Assembly: GCA_030446435.1 (NCBI GenBank)
Contig: JASURT010000002.1
Span: forward strand, 1-48,844
DNA: 48,844 nucleotides
From: Candidatus Ozemobacter sp.
GTDB lineage: Bacteria; Muiribacteriota; Ozemobacteria; Ozemobacterales; Ozemobacteraceae
Direction of reading: 5' to 3'
The position numbers were made by a program, and so were the translations under genes. The notes under the pieces are model-generated. The model saw nothing but the letters and a program-made list of their open reading frames with translations, ran no database searches and was not told the DNA's origin. This document shows, piece by piece, positions 9,011-18,816 of this stretch; position 1 is the stretch's first letter; each line of letters opens with the position of its first letter.

Positions 9011-9796
9011 TCAGAGTTTGAAGTCAGGTATACAGGTTTTGATGGGGCCGCTTGAATTTTCAGTTTGTATCACTTTTATGTTGGCCTGGTAGAGATTTTT
9101 CAGGTTTTCAGCATTAACGATTTCGGGTGCCGGGCCTTCGGCTATCAGTTGGCCTTTTTTGAGAAATACGACCTGGTCAGCTGTCCATAAAGCGTGTTCG
9201 GGGTAATGTGATGTATTGATGCAGGTAATACCGTCTCTGGCCAACGAACGCAATTGTTCGAGCAACAACAGCTGGTTGCCGTAATCAAGCCCAGAGACGG
9301 GCTCATCCATTACCAGAATTTTTGCTTCCTGGGTCAGTGCACGGGCAATAAGCACGAGTTGCTGTTCTCCGCCGCTCAATTCAGTATAAGGGCGCTCGGC
9401 AAGGTGAGAAATTTTAAGACGTTCCAGGCTGGCTGCTGAAATCTCGAGATCATGTTTCGAAGTATGGCTGAAAAGGTCGTTATAGGGGTGTCTGCCCATG
9501 GCGACCACATCTATTACCTGATACGAAAAGGCGGGTATGTGCTTTTGCGGAACATAGGCAAGAATTCGGGCCTTTTCCTTGTTCGTATATTCGCCGGCAT
9601 CGCGGGAAAAAATCCTGATTTTGCCCTTTGCCGGTTTCAATATGCCAAGAAGCAATTTAAGCAATGTCGTTTTGCCTGAACCGTTCGGGCCCAGAATCGT
9701 GGTTACCGTGCCTTCTTCGATCGAAAATGAGAGATCGGTGAGAATAAGATCTTTACCGTAAGAAAACGATAAATTTTCTAATACAATCGGTTTCAT
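9011..9796 (-). CDS. ABC transporter ATP-binding protein (FepC/BtuD type)
   Basis: GPNGSGKT, LSGGEQQ and MDEP motifs; TGATG coupling with the permease. Confidence 0.92.
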   Translation of the reverse strand: MKPIVLENLSFSYGKDLILTDLSFSIEEGTVTTILGPNGSGKTTLLKLLLGILKPAKGKIRIFSRDAGEYTNKEKARILAYVPQKHIPAFSYQVIDVVAMGRHPYNDLFSHTSKHDLEISAASLERLKISHLAERPYTELSGGEQQLVLIARALTQEAKILVMDEPVSGLDYGNQLLLLEQLRSLARDGITCINTSHYPEHALWTADQVVFLKKGQLIAEGPAPEIVNAENLKNLYQANIKVIQTENSSGPIKTCIPDFKL

Positions 9797-10797
9797 CAAT
9801 TCCATCTCCGGTCGGTTTTCCACAAAACCAGAATAAAGAAGGGCACCCCAATCAATGATGTCATTATGCCGATGGGAACCTCGTTCACAAAGGCTGCCCG
9901 GCAGAGATCGTCGATTATCAGCAAATAAATTGCCCCCATCAAAGCAGAAGCTGGAATCAATTTGCGGTTGTCAGGACCGATAAGCATTCTGGCGGTATGC
10001 GGAATCATCAGGCCGACCCAGCTGATTATGCCGCCCAAAGCGACAGTCAGACTGCAAATCAGGGTGGTAACTACTATTAGAACATTACGAATCAAAGAAA
10101 CTCTTACTCCGAGCGACATGGCTTCGTCGTCGCCCATACTGAGCAGATTAAGGTATTTGGCCATATAAACGAGAATCAGCAGACCTATGGCCATTAACGG
10201 AGCGACCAGCTTTATAACCGGCATGGAAACAGAAGAAAAGCCTCCCATAAGCCAGTAAACTATTGCCGGTAACTCGTTTTTGCTGTCGGCAACATACTTC
10301 AATACAGAAATAAGAGCGGTGAAAAATGATGAACTGACAATGCCACCGATCAGAAGCATTATCAGACGATTGCCTCGAAATATTCCGGCAAGAAAAAGGG
10401 CAAAAGCTACTGCAGCAACGCCGAAAATGAAAGCCCCGATTTGTGCTGCCAATAGGGTTTTGCCAAGCAGCATGCCGGCCGCAGACCCGAAAGCTGCCCC
10501 CGCAAGTACCCCGAGCAAACCGGGTGAAACAAGAGGGTTGATGAACATGCTCTGGTATGCTGCGCCTGAAACCGCCAGGGCAGCGCCTGCAAGTAAGGCC
10601 GCCAGGATTCTCGGTAGACGTATCTGCCAGATTACCGTGGCGAAAAGAGTCGGGTTTTCTTTATCGGGGGCGAAGAGAGCTTTTATAGCTTCTTCAGCAG
10701 GTATGGCAATGGTGCCGAGCTTAAGCGACGCAAAAGCCGACAGAACAAGAATCAGAATCAATGCCGTTATTACGGCTTTATAGTTATTGGTTAGCAT
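9796..10797 (-). CDS. FecCD/BtuC-family ABC permease (iron-chelate or cobalamin)
   Basis: IRLPRI, NPLVSPGLLGV, A.SLGV and GLMIPH motifs. Confidence 0.92.
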   Translation of the reverse strand: MLTNNYKAVITALILILVLSAFASLKLGTIAIPAEEAIKALFAPDKENPTLFATVIWQIRLPRILAALLAGAALAVSGAAYQSMFINPLVSPGLLGVLAGAAFGSAAGMLLGKTLLAAQIGAFIFGVAAVAFALFLAGIFRGNRLIMLLIGGIVSSSFFTALISVLKYVADSKNELPAIVYWLMGGFSSVSMPVIKLVAPLMAIGLLILVYMAKYLNLLSMGDDEAMSLGVRVSLIRNVLIVVTTLICSLTVALGGIISWVGLMIPHTARMLIGPDNRKLIPASALMGAIYLLIIDDLCRAAFVNEVPIGIMTSLIGVPFFILVLWKTDRRWN

Positions 10798-10852
10798 ATG
10801 AAAACCCGAACTCGAATTGTAAAACTAAAAAATCGCTCAGTAAAGGCAAAAA

Positions 10853-11833
10853 TTAATCACAAGCGGTAATAATTTTTCTGGCCTTTTCTTGCCAGTCTTT
10901 AAAGCAGTCAAGCTTTTGCGAAAATTCTACCGAAAACTTGTCTGCATAATGATAGCTCGGTGGCTCGCCTGGAAAAGCCGTTTTTACTGCGTAAGAATGA
11001 AGAAGGTGATTTTGCGCACCGAGTTGTGCCATGTCTTCAGCCTGTAATTCGTCATTGCAGCGTTTCAGAAAATACAACGCATTTTTATAGTAAAGCTTTT
11101 CACCGATCAACGGAAACCCCAAAATCTCGAGGTGTGCCCTGATCTGGTGTTTGCGACCGGTTTCGAGCCGGGCCAGGACGAGACTGAAATCATCGTTTCT
11201 GTCGATGCAGTAAAAATCGGTTCGGGTAGTTTTGCCGTCGGGAGCGGCTATCATTTTATATCTCACCGGTGGTACCGATGCCTCTTTCAGTGGTTGCGTC
11301 ATTGACAATTCGTCATGCGAAAATCGACCGCGAACAATGGCCAGATAGAATTTTCCCTTAAGATAATTTTTGAAATTTTTATGAAATTTCTTAGGCACCG
11401 CGCTTGTTTGCGAAACGAACATCAGACCGCTGGTTTCACGGTCAAGTCTTTGCAGCGGATTTATATCGGTAAAACCTTCTCTTCGGCGAATCTCACCAAC
11501 GAGAGTCTGGTAGTAAAAGCGCCGGGTCGAGTGTACCGGCAACCCGGCCGGTTTGTTTATAAGCAATAGGAAATCGTTGCGCCATACTGTCTGGTAATCG
11601 GTGTTTATGTCTGGTTCTTCGAAATCAGGAACCATGAAGTCGAGAAGATCGCCGCTGCAAAGCAGCTGGTCTGGTTTTGCCCTCTGGCTGTTAATGGTTA
11701 TCAGACCTTCTTCAATCCTTTTCAGCCAAAATTCGGGCGACTGATAACTGAACCGGTCAGAAATGGCTTCGAAAAGGCTCTTGCCTTCGCTTCTGGCGTC
11801 GATAATGGTGGAAAGTTTCAGATCATATTTCAT
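10853..11833 (-). CDS. RluA/RluD-family pseudouridine synthase with an S4-like domain
   Basis: NKPAGLPVH, RLDRETSG and LETGRKHQIRAH motifs; start set at MKYDLK to avoid overlap with the upstream gene. Confidence 0.9.
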   Translation of the reverse strand: MKYDLKLSTIIDARSEGKSLFEAISDRFSYQSPEFWLKRIEEGLITINSQRAKPDQLLCSGDLLDFMVPDFEEPDINTDYQTVWRNDFLLLINKPAGLPVHSTRRFYYQTLVGEIRRREGFTDINPLQRLDRETSGLMFVSQTSAVPKKFHKNFKNYLKGKFYLAIVRGRFSHDELSMTQPLKEASVPPVRYKMIAAPDGKTTRTDFYCIDRNDDFSLVLARLETGRKHQIRAHLEILGFPLIGEKLYYKNALYFLKRCNDELQAEDMAQLGAQNHLLHSYAVKTAFPGEPPSYHYADKFSVEFSQKLDCFKDWQEKARKIITACD

Positions 11834-11846
11834 CAGGGTCGCCGAC

Positions 11847-12194
11847 TTAAAGGTTGGTGTATTTTGTAGATTTGCCCCGGCATTTTTCGACCGGGTATTT
11901 TTTCGCATTCTTTGCCATCTTGTTTTCAATGGCGTCGTACATGTCTATGCCCAGGTCATCTGCGAGCAACATCAGATAAACAACAGTGTCGGCAATTTCG
12001 TCGGCATAGCGTTCTTTATTCTGTTTTACTTTTTGCTTAACTTCTTCTTCGTTTTGCCAGAGAAATTCCTGCATCAGTTCCGCGGCTTCAATGGCGGCGG
12101 CCATTGCCAGATCTTTTGGTTTATGAAATTGTTCCCAGTTTCGTTCCTGGCGAAAAATGCGCAATTTTTTCAGTAAATCCTGATAGGTTTTCAT
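11847..12194 (-). CDS. MazG-like nucleotide pyrophosphohydrolase
   Basis: ERNWEQFHKPKDLA, EAAEL, EIAD and N..KYP motifs. Confidence 0.9.
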   Translation of the reverse strand: MKTYQDLLKKLRIFRQERNWEQFHKPKDLAMAAAIEAAELMQEFLWQNEEEVKQKVKQNKERYADEIADTVVYLMLLADDLGIDMYDAIENKMAKNAKKYPVEKCRGKSTKYTNL

Positions 12195-13075
12195 TGTTTC
12201 ACTTCCTGACGGGAGTTTTGCCTGATTCCAAGGTCTACAGGCAATTCTGCCGGATAATTCCAGCGGTGTTTCAGCTTCTGAAAAGGGCTTGCCTTGTCGC
12301 GCTCAGCAATCAGCATCGCCGATTTCACAGGGTCACCGGATTTTTGACAAAGTGCAAGATAGGTTTCGATCATAGGCGACTTGACTTTTATGTTAGCAAC
12401 AGGTTTTGCACCGGCAATGGCAAGGGCAAGAATTTCATTAAGACGATTCTTGCTTATAGCCCAGTCCAGTGGGGTGTAGCCTCTTTTGTCGGTAACATCG
12501 AAATTGGTTGTCTTGACGTCAGCCGAAGAAATAAGGGTTTCGAACTTATTTAAAGCCGCATGATGCAAAGGGGTTTCGCCCCTTATATTTTGAAGGTCAG
12601 CCCTTGCACCGGCTTCTAAAAGCAGTTTGCAGGTTTTGGTCGACTGATGCTTGGCGGTGAGCAGCAGTGCGCTGTTGCCATCTGTCATCGTTAAATCGAC
12701 AGTTGCCTTTTTTTGCAGCAGGTTGGCCGCAATTTCGCTTTCATCATAAATTGCGGCATAACCAAGGCAACTAAAGCCGAAAGAGTCTAATTGATCGATA
12801 TTTGCTTCATTCAGATCATTCCAGGCTATTTTATGAATCTTACCTTTAATCACCGCATTGTGGTCGGGAAAAAAGAACCAGTGATAAAGATCGATCGCAG
12901 GCATCATTTTCGAACCCCGCCCGGCTACATATGTTTCCCAGGTGGCGATTCTGCGCTGAGTCGTGTCGCTTTGCACCAGATACCATGCCGCCGGGTATAT
13001 CCATATCGCTGTCCAGGGAATTAAAATCAGAAAGGTCAGGAATTTCTTGAGTTTCCAGGTCGTATATTTGCCCAT
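12191..13075 (-). CDS. Membrane-anchored ankyrin-repeat protein
   Basis: N-terminal TM helix; GNSALL, GETPLHHAA and GYTPLDWA ankyrin repeats. Confidence 0.85.
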   Translation of the reverse strand: MGKYTTWKLKKFLTFLILIPWTAIWIYPAAWYLVQSDTTQRRIATWETYVAGRGSKMMPAIDLYHWFFFPDHNAVIKGKIHKIAWNDLNEANIDQLDSFGFSCLGYAAIYDESEIAANLLQKKATVDLTMTDGNSALLLTAKHQSTKTCKLLLEAGARADLQNIRGETPLHHAALNKFETLISSADVKTTNFDVTDKRGYTPLDWAISKNRLNEILALAIAGAKPVANIKVKSPMIETYLALCQKSGDPVKSAMLIAERDKASPFQKLKHRWNYPAELPVDLGIRQNSRQEVKQ

Positions 13076-13533
13076 AAATTTACCTTGTCATCATTATAGC
13101 ACAGTCCTTTTCATGCGGTTTCAAAAAGTATTTCAATGAAGCAGTTCTTAACTTGAACAAAAGTTCATTGAATATTTTCGATGCTTTTTTGTCACAACGG
13201 GTTCAGCGGCCGAAAAAGGCGGCCATCGAGCTTGTCGGACGCGTTGATGCAGAGTCGCCTGAGCATTCAGAGCGACTTGTGAAATGCCGCCTTTTATGAA
13301 TCGAAAGAATGAGCTTTTGTATAACTTTACCGGATTTATCTCAAAACTTTGTTTAATTTTGCCAAAGCTCATCGTTAATTAGTAAGGCTTCACGCTTCTT
13401 AGGTGGTTGCATGGGGCTTGCCAACTAAAGGATAAACATATCCAATTTCTCCCAAAAAAGGCATTATTAGGGTCTTTTTTTGCGTCTTCGTGGATTCGAT
13501 TTGTGTTAAAATCAGAGGCGAAAGTCATCGATA

Positions 13534-14397
13534 ATGAGTAATTCACAACATAACTGCATAGCTTTGCTTGGCGACCCGCATTTGCCGGGACGCAATCTTG
13601 AATTGAAGAAAAAAGTCATCAGCGATGTGAATTCATGGTCAGACGTTGATCTGGTGGTTTGCACCGGTGATTTGTGCGCCACTTACGGCACCGAAGAAGA
13701 GTTTCGTTTTGCGGCTGATTTTTTTAAAGCCTTGAACAAACCGTTTTTTACTCTGATCGGAAACCACGATAATTACTATTCAGACAGAGGCTACATAAAG
13801 GCTTCAGTTGTAGAAAGAAAAGAGAAAATCGATCGCTTTCGAAGATTTTTTCCGCGGCAGAAGCTTTATTTCTCTTGTGAATTTGCCGGTTTCAGACTTA
13901 TCTTTCTCGCCCTTGACGATCTTGAAAGCTCATGTTTCTCGTCGCTCTCGTCAGACCAGCTGGATTGGTTTGCAAGCGAACTGCAAAAATGGTCGGATGA
14001 TAAAACCATCGTTTTCTGTCACGCTCCATTGTGGGGAGAAGAAGTAATAAGGTTTTACCCACCAGCAGTAAATTACATTGCCCAGCCGGTGCAAAAAATT
14101 AGATCAATAGTGATGAACCATAAGCAGCTGGTTTTATGGGTGTCGGGCCATGTTCACTTTGGTATGAAAAAAGAACTGATCAATCATCCGTTCAACCTTT
14201 TTCTAGAACGAATCTTGAACATACTTAACTGCGACATGGACGGATTCAGTGTTCTTGATTCAAGAATCAAGCCCGAATTTCATGATAGAATCTGGACAAG
14301 AAAACTTTTTCTCAGGCCTGATGGTTTCAGATGCACGGTTTATGACCATAAAGACGATCTTGAACTGACCGAGCTTGAAATGACCGGTGAATTTTAG
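13534..14397 (+). CDS. Calcineurin-like metallophosphoesterase (Icc/CpdA-like)
   Basis: GDPH, TGDL, GNHD, CHAP and SGHVH motifs. Confidence 0.88.
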   Translation: MSNSQHNCIALLGDPHLPGRNLELKKKVISDVNSWSDVDLVVCTGDLCATYGTEEEFRFAADFFKALNKPFFTLIGNHDNYYSDRGYIKASVVERKEKIDRFRRFFPRQKLYFSCEFAGFRLIFLALDDLESSCFSSLSSDQLDWFASELQKWSDDKTIVFCHAPLWGEEVIRFYPPAVNYIAQPVQKIRSIVMNHKQLVLWVSGHVHFGMKKELINHPFNLFLERILNILNCDMDGFSVLDSRIKPEFHDRIWTRKLFLRPDGFRCTVYDHKDDLELTELEMTGEF

Positions 14398-16352
14398 TTT
14401 CTGATGGGGCTGTAGATCTGAATTGCGCCAACTTTATCCGGCGCTGAAGGTGAATGGAAGAAGGAGATTCCCAGGTTTGTGAAATGCATGCCGGGTAAAG
14501 ACTCAAAAATGGTATATGGGCCATATTTTTTTTGAATCTGACTGACCGAGCTGCCGACCTTCAGCCCTTGTGGGGTGGCAATGCCGGTCTCGCCGCCGAA
14601 TTTGGGGCTGGTTATGGTTATTCTGGTAATTTTGGCGGGGTTTTCTGAATTTATGGTAACCGATAGCCCGGCATAGATTATCTGCCAGCCATCCATACTT
14701 TTGTATTTTCCAAGAGGGTTGCCGAATCGCGGCGAATGGTCAGAAAAGTTAGAGCCGATTGTGATATTAGGATAAATTCCGTAACCGGGCATTATCTCCA
14801 TTTTCTTTTCTGCTTTTTCAGGTTTTGCTGAAATACCGGCCTGAGCGATTGATTTTCCTGAAGTCTGAGCAGCCAGTATCAAATCCTCGATTTTTCGTCT
14901 TACAGGCTTAACACTATTGGCAAGCTTAACTGTTCTGGAGGCCACAACTGTTTTGTCACTGTATTTATAAGAGGGCACATAACTGAAATTAATCGAATTT
15001 TTGACCGGTTCAATTACATTTTCGGCCACAATTGCCTTTCTGAAATCAATGTCGGGAATTCGACTCGGGATAGGGGTGTTACCAGTGCTCTTAGGGATAT
15101 TTGGTGAAGAACTTTCTGAAAGAGTCGCTCTGACAAATTGATTTTCATCAGTATGTTTTTCAGGGGCCAGGTCTTCATCTTTATCGAATTGTAAAGTCCG
15201 GGTAGTTTGCTGAGAAGAGGATTCGACCGATGGTTTAAACGGTTTTTCGCTTTTTTGGGGGCTGGGCAGATTTTCTGGCGCTTGCTTCTTTGCCGGAGTG
15301 GTAACAGCGGCGATTTTAACAGGTTCAGATATGCCGGCAGAAGTCGAAGAAACGGCTTCATCTGTGGTCACATTTTCTGTCGGCGAGGTTGCACTGTCTG
15401 TGGCTTTGACTATCTGTTGTCCGACGAGATCGATCTTGACGGGTGATGATGCATCGGGTGTGGCTGGAAAAGGTATGCTGATGGTTTTTGCAATTGACTC
15501 TTGCCCGGCTGATTCATTCGTTTCAGCAGTTTCGTCGATGGGCACTTTTCCGATCAGCAATTGAAAAATTGGTTGTTTACGAATGCTTAGATCGGTGGCA
15601 AATATGAACATTGAAGCTCGGGCAATAATATTGAAAGATATGTTTAGAACAAGCAGTGTGATGCAGAAGGCGATGGTAGCCTGCATAAAAGGGGCAGAAA
15701 GGTTCTTGAGAACTTTTTTTGACGCATGTTCAGAGGGTTGCGCGCGAACCTGGCCGGTATTCTGGTCAATCGAAATTTGCATGCCGGGCGAAGCACCAAC
15801 ATAGGCTGCACCCGAAAAATGGGTTGAGTAAAGGCGATGGCAAAAGGCATTGGCTTCATCGAGACTTAGTTCATAATCGCTGATCTGATGAAGCTCTCCT
15901 TTCAGAGTTTGAATAAAAATCGCATAGGTTTTTTCTTTGCTTGAAAACAGCAAATCTTTAAGCCCTTCTGGTCTGATGCTTGCACCTATTGCCTTGACCT
16001 GGTTAAAAGAGGCAATGACGGCAATTCTTCGAAAAAATAACCTTTGCTGGCTCATCGCTATCCAGTTTTTCTGAAAATCGACAACGTAAAAATCATGTAT
16101 GTGTTCGAGAGGAATAGTCAGAAGTTCTATGGTTCCCCAGAAGATCAAAAGAAAAAGAAGCTGCATGAAAAGATCGGGAACGCTTTCAGAAATTGGTTTG
16201 AAAAGGTTGATTACAATCGCGATTGCAGTGATAAGCAGACAGCCATAGCAAAAATACCTGGCCCACTGCGCTGTTTTCTCGATAAAACCAGGTTTACGAA
16301 AGGTAACATGAAGAATGTCGCTATCCATCTGGGAAAGATTTTTAAAACTCAT
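14394..16352 (-). CDS. Hypothetical membrane protein: two TMs, soluble domain, TM, Ser/Pro/Thr-rich linker, C-terminal duplicated beta domain
   Basis: 652-aa ORF with a clear hydrophobicity pattern; internal repeat ITIGSN...FG / LKVGSS...YG. Confidence 0.7.
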   Translation of the reverse strand: MSFKNLSQMDSDILHVTFRKPGFIEKTAQWARYFCYGCLLITAIAIVINLFKPISESVPDLFMQLLFLLIFWGTIELLTIPLEHIHDFYVVDFQKNWIAMSQQRLFFRRIAVIASFNQVKAIGASIRPEGLKDLLFSSKEKTYAIFIQTLKGELHQISDYELSLDEANAFCHRLYSTHFSGAAYVGASPGMQISIDQNTGQVRAQPSEHASKKVLKNLSAPFMQATIAFCITLLVLNISFNIIARASMFIFATDLSIRKQPIFQLLIGKVPIDETAETNESAGQESIAKTISIPFPATPDASSPVKIDLVGQQIVKATDSATSPTENVTTDEAVSSTSAGISEPVKIAAVTTPAKKQAPENLPSPQKSEKPFKPSVESSSQQTTRTLQFDKDEDLAPEKHTDENQFVRATLSESSSPNIPKSTGNTPIPSRIPDIDFRKAIVAENVIEPVKNSINFSYVPSYKYSDKTVVASRTVKLANSVKPVRRKIEDLILAAQTSGKSIAQAGISAKPEKAEKKMEIMPGYGIYPNITIGSNFSDHSPRFGNPLGKYKSMDGWQIIYAGLSVTINSENPAKITRITITSPKFGGETGIATPQGLKVGSSVSQIQKKYGPYTIFESLPGMHFTNLGISFFHSPSAPDKVGAIQIYSPIRN

Positions 16353-16421
16353 TCGGGCTTCTCTTTCTCAAAAAATTTCGGCTTTGACAGATAGAATTGT
16401 TTCTTTTTGAATTATAACAGA

Positions 16422-17090
16422 TTAATTTTCAATGACTACAAGAATTGTACCCTGTCTGAAACTTACCATCGCATCGGCAGAGATAATCTGATTACTCAGG
16501 GTGCGCGACGAGCGCGAATCGATTCTGATGTTATCGACATTGTATCTGAAGCCTTCAAGGCAGAAATCTTCAACCGACGGGGTCATGCTGATGAACGAAA
16601 CCCTTTTTCCCTCTGCGTTTAAAAAATGATGCGACGAAGAAAGTGCAAACAATGTTTCGTCGGCGGTTACGATTCTGGCCTGGGGAAAACGTGCGAGAAG
16701 GTTGACATTTATTATGGTCTGGTCAAGTCTTTTGCCGGTGGCTGCAAACAGATAAATCGGGCAAAGATTTTTTTCTGTCATTATTTCGAGTAACAACTCT
16801 GCGTCTGTTTTGTCTTTATCGACCGGAAACTTTAATAAACTGCAGTTTGAAGCTTTCAGTCGGTTCAGAGTGTCAGGTGAAACCGAGTCCATATCGCCGA
16901 CGACTACTTCAGGAATGAGGCCAAAGCGCAAAGCTATATCTGAACCGCCATCGGCAGCATAACAAACCATTTTTGCATAGAGCGGGTTGGTTCTGAAAAA
17001 ATCCTGCGGCAGGTTGCACTCGCCGTTAAGAAACGCTATTGCAGGTTTTGCGCCGGCTTGATTGAACTTTGGACTGAGATTTGGTCGCAA
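16422..17090 (-). CDS. thiN: Thiamine pyrophosphokinase
   Basis: AADGG, VGDMDS, DKDKTD, GKRLDQ and TLSN motifs; start codon uncertain (TTG). Confidence 0.88.
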   Translation of the reverse strand: MRPNLSPKFNQAGAKPAIAFLNGECNLPQDFFRTNPLYAKMVCYAADGGSDIALRFGLIPEVVVGDMDSVSPDTLNRLKASNCSLLKFPVDKDKTDAELLLEIMTEKNLCPIYLFAATGKRLDQTIINVNLLARFPQARIVTADETLFALSSSHHFLNAEGKRVSFISMTPSVEDFCLEGFRYNVDNIRIDSRSSRTLSNQIISADAMVSFRQGTILVVIEN

Positions 17091-17207
17091 AAGATTTTCC
17101 TTAATTTTATTCTAAAATTTGTATAGCATATCTTCGATAAAAATAATTGGAAATTTTACGTTCTGGAAGATAGAATACATGCAAAACAGGTCAAGTAGGA
17201 TTTTTTA

Positions 17208-17969
17208 ATGTCAGGTGATAGAAGAAAAAGTGACAGTCGGCGAAGTTCTGATCGCAGAGCAGGTGACCGACGCAGAGAAGATGCAGACAGAAGAATCGCT
17301 GATGGCCGTCGAAACGTCGACACCACTGCGAAAACAACAAAACGTGCCGCTGCTGCCCCGCAAAAGACCGAGTCGTCACCAAAGCCGGTTATAACAGCGT
17401 TTCAGCGCTTGCTTAAAAAGGCGGCTATAGTTTTCTCGATTTTGTTGCTGATTTTTACCGCAGTAATCGTTTATTTTTTCAGCAATCTCGATTATTACAT
17501 GAATCGGGCCGCGCAGAAGATAGAAGTTGAATTGACCAAAGCGACCCTTGATCCGGAAAGTCTTACTGATCGCACCACCAAAGCAAGGGTTTATCTGAAG
17601 GTGAAGAATAATCTGCCAATGGCGGTTTTACTTCAAAATCTGCGTATGGATGTAAAGTTAAGCGATTATACCATTGCCAAAGGGGTTCAGATAATGCCCC
17701 GAGAAACGATAAAGGGTGGTGCCGAATCTGTTGTTGCGCTGCAGTTTCATGTTGATTCAATCATGACCAGACGTGGCTTGCAAAAAGCTGTCGAGAAAAA
17801 TTCAGGACCTTTGTTGAAGAGTCTGTATGCGCGTCTTCAGGGCAAAAACAATTCGATTACCGATAATCTGAAAGGCGTAATGAAAATTGGCGGCAGTGCA
17901 GAATTCAGAATGATAATCGGTGGCGTAGAAATACCCTTTACCCGGATTCTTGATTTCAATCAGGGTTAG
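17208..17969 (+). CDS. LEA type-2 (WHy) domain membrane protein with N-terminal DRR repeats
   Basis: DRR-rich N terminus, a single TM, then an LKVKNNLPM beta-sandwich pattern. Confidence 0.65.
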   Translation: MSGDRRKSDSRRSSDRRAGDRRREDADRRIADGRRNVDTTAKTTKRAAAAPQKTESSPKPVITAFQRLLKKAAIVFSILLLIFTAVIVYFFSNLDYYMNRAAQKIEVELTKATLDPESLTDRTTKARVYLKVKNNLPMAVLLQNLRMDVKLSDYTIAKGVQIMPRETIKGGAESVVALQFHVDSIMTRRGLQKAVEKNSGPLLKSLYARLQGKNNSITDNLKGVMKIGGSAEFRMIIGGVEIPFTRILDFNQG

Positions 17970-18813
17970 CGGTTCTCGCCTTATTCAAGGCTCGTTCGAG
18001 TCTGGCCCAGTCCAGATTCATAACTTTGTTTTGCAATTCGGGGTTTTGCATCAGCTTACGAATTGTCGGGTGCTTGAATAATTTTTTGAAGTCTTTCTCT
18101 CTAACCAGCTTTTGCAGCTGTTCATCAGTTTGAATTTTTTGAATTTCGGGTAAACTCGATAAGGGTTTCATGACTTCAATAATTTCACCGCGGTCGACCT
18201 TTTCGGGGTCGATACCTTGCGATAAACGGCTCATGGTTTTTATGGCCCTGACTGCTTTGCCGGCTTCTTCAGGAATAAGAGGTGAAATGATTTTTTCGGT
18301 TGAACCGGTAATCATTTTAAGAAATTCAGGTTGATGCGATGCAAGTTGACTGCCGGGAATCAGGGTCATGGCTATGAAAACGAACAGACTGATTACCAGA
18401 CCTTCAAAACCACCTGCTATTGCGCCCAGAAAGCGTGAAGGCATAGATGGTTCGTGATTCTTCAAAATGGTTTTAATGAACCAGCCGGCCAGAAGATAAG
18501 AGCAAAAGAACAGCAGATAAAAGCCGGCGATGGAGGCGAAAATTCCATTCACACCGATTAATGTGCCCACGGGCGCTTTGAAAAACCAGCCAAGCATAAA
18601 AGCGCCTATCAAGCGACCATACGAAAGAAGTTCTGCCAGCATGCCTCGTTGATAGGCCTTGAATGCTGCAGAAAAAACGAACAGTCCGATGGCGACCAGC
18701 ATCATATTCGGCTGGTAATACGAATACGCCGCGAATGAGGCTGCTGAAAGAGTCAGAATAAAAGAAACGAACACTGCCATTGGACCGGCAGTGTTCGTTC
18801 TGGTAGCATTCAT
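17956..18813 (-). CDS. CvpA (colicin V production) family protein with a helical C-terminal extension
   Basis: AYQRGMLAEL and SRFLGAIAGGFEG motifs; several TMs. Confidence 0.75.
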   Translation of the reverse strand: MNATRTNTAGPMAVFVSFILTLSAASFAAYSYYQPNMMLVAIGLFVFSAAFKAYQRGMLAELLSYGRLIGAFMLGWFFKAPVGTLIGVNGIFASIAGFYLLFFCSYLLAGWFIKTILKNHEPSMPSRFLGAIAGGFEGLVISLFVFIAMTLIPGSQLASHQPEFLKMITGSTEKIISPLIPEEAGKAVRAIKTMSRLSQGIDPEKVDRGEIIEVMKPLSSLPEIQKIQTDEQLQKLVREKDFKKLFKHPTIRKLMQNPELQNKVMNLDWARLERALNKARTANPD

Positions 18814-18816
18814 AAC

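Noticed and set aside
13150-13206. 6S RNA suggested by TTGAAC...GGGTTCA
   Set aside because: The spacing is too short and I could not build the long 6S rod by eye; left as an unknown structured region.
13148-13372. 74-aa minus-strand ORF in the long intergenic region
   Set aside because: No RBS or motif; the region is better explained by RNA or DNA structure.
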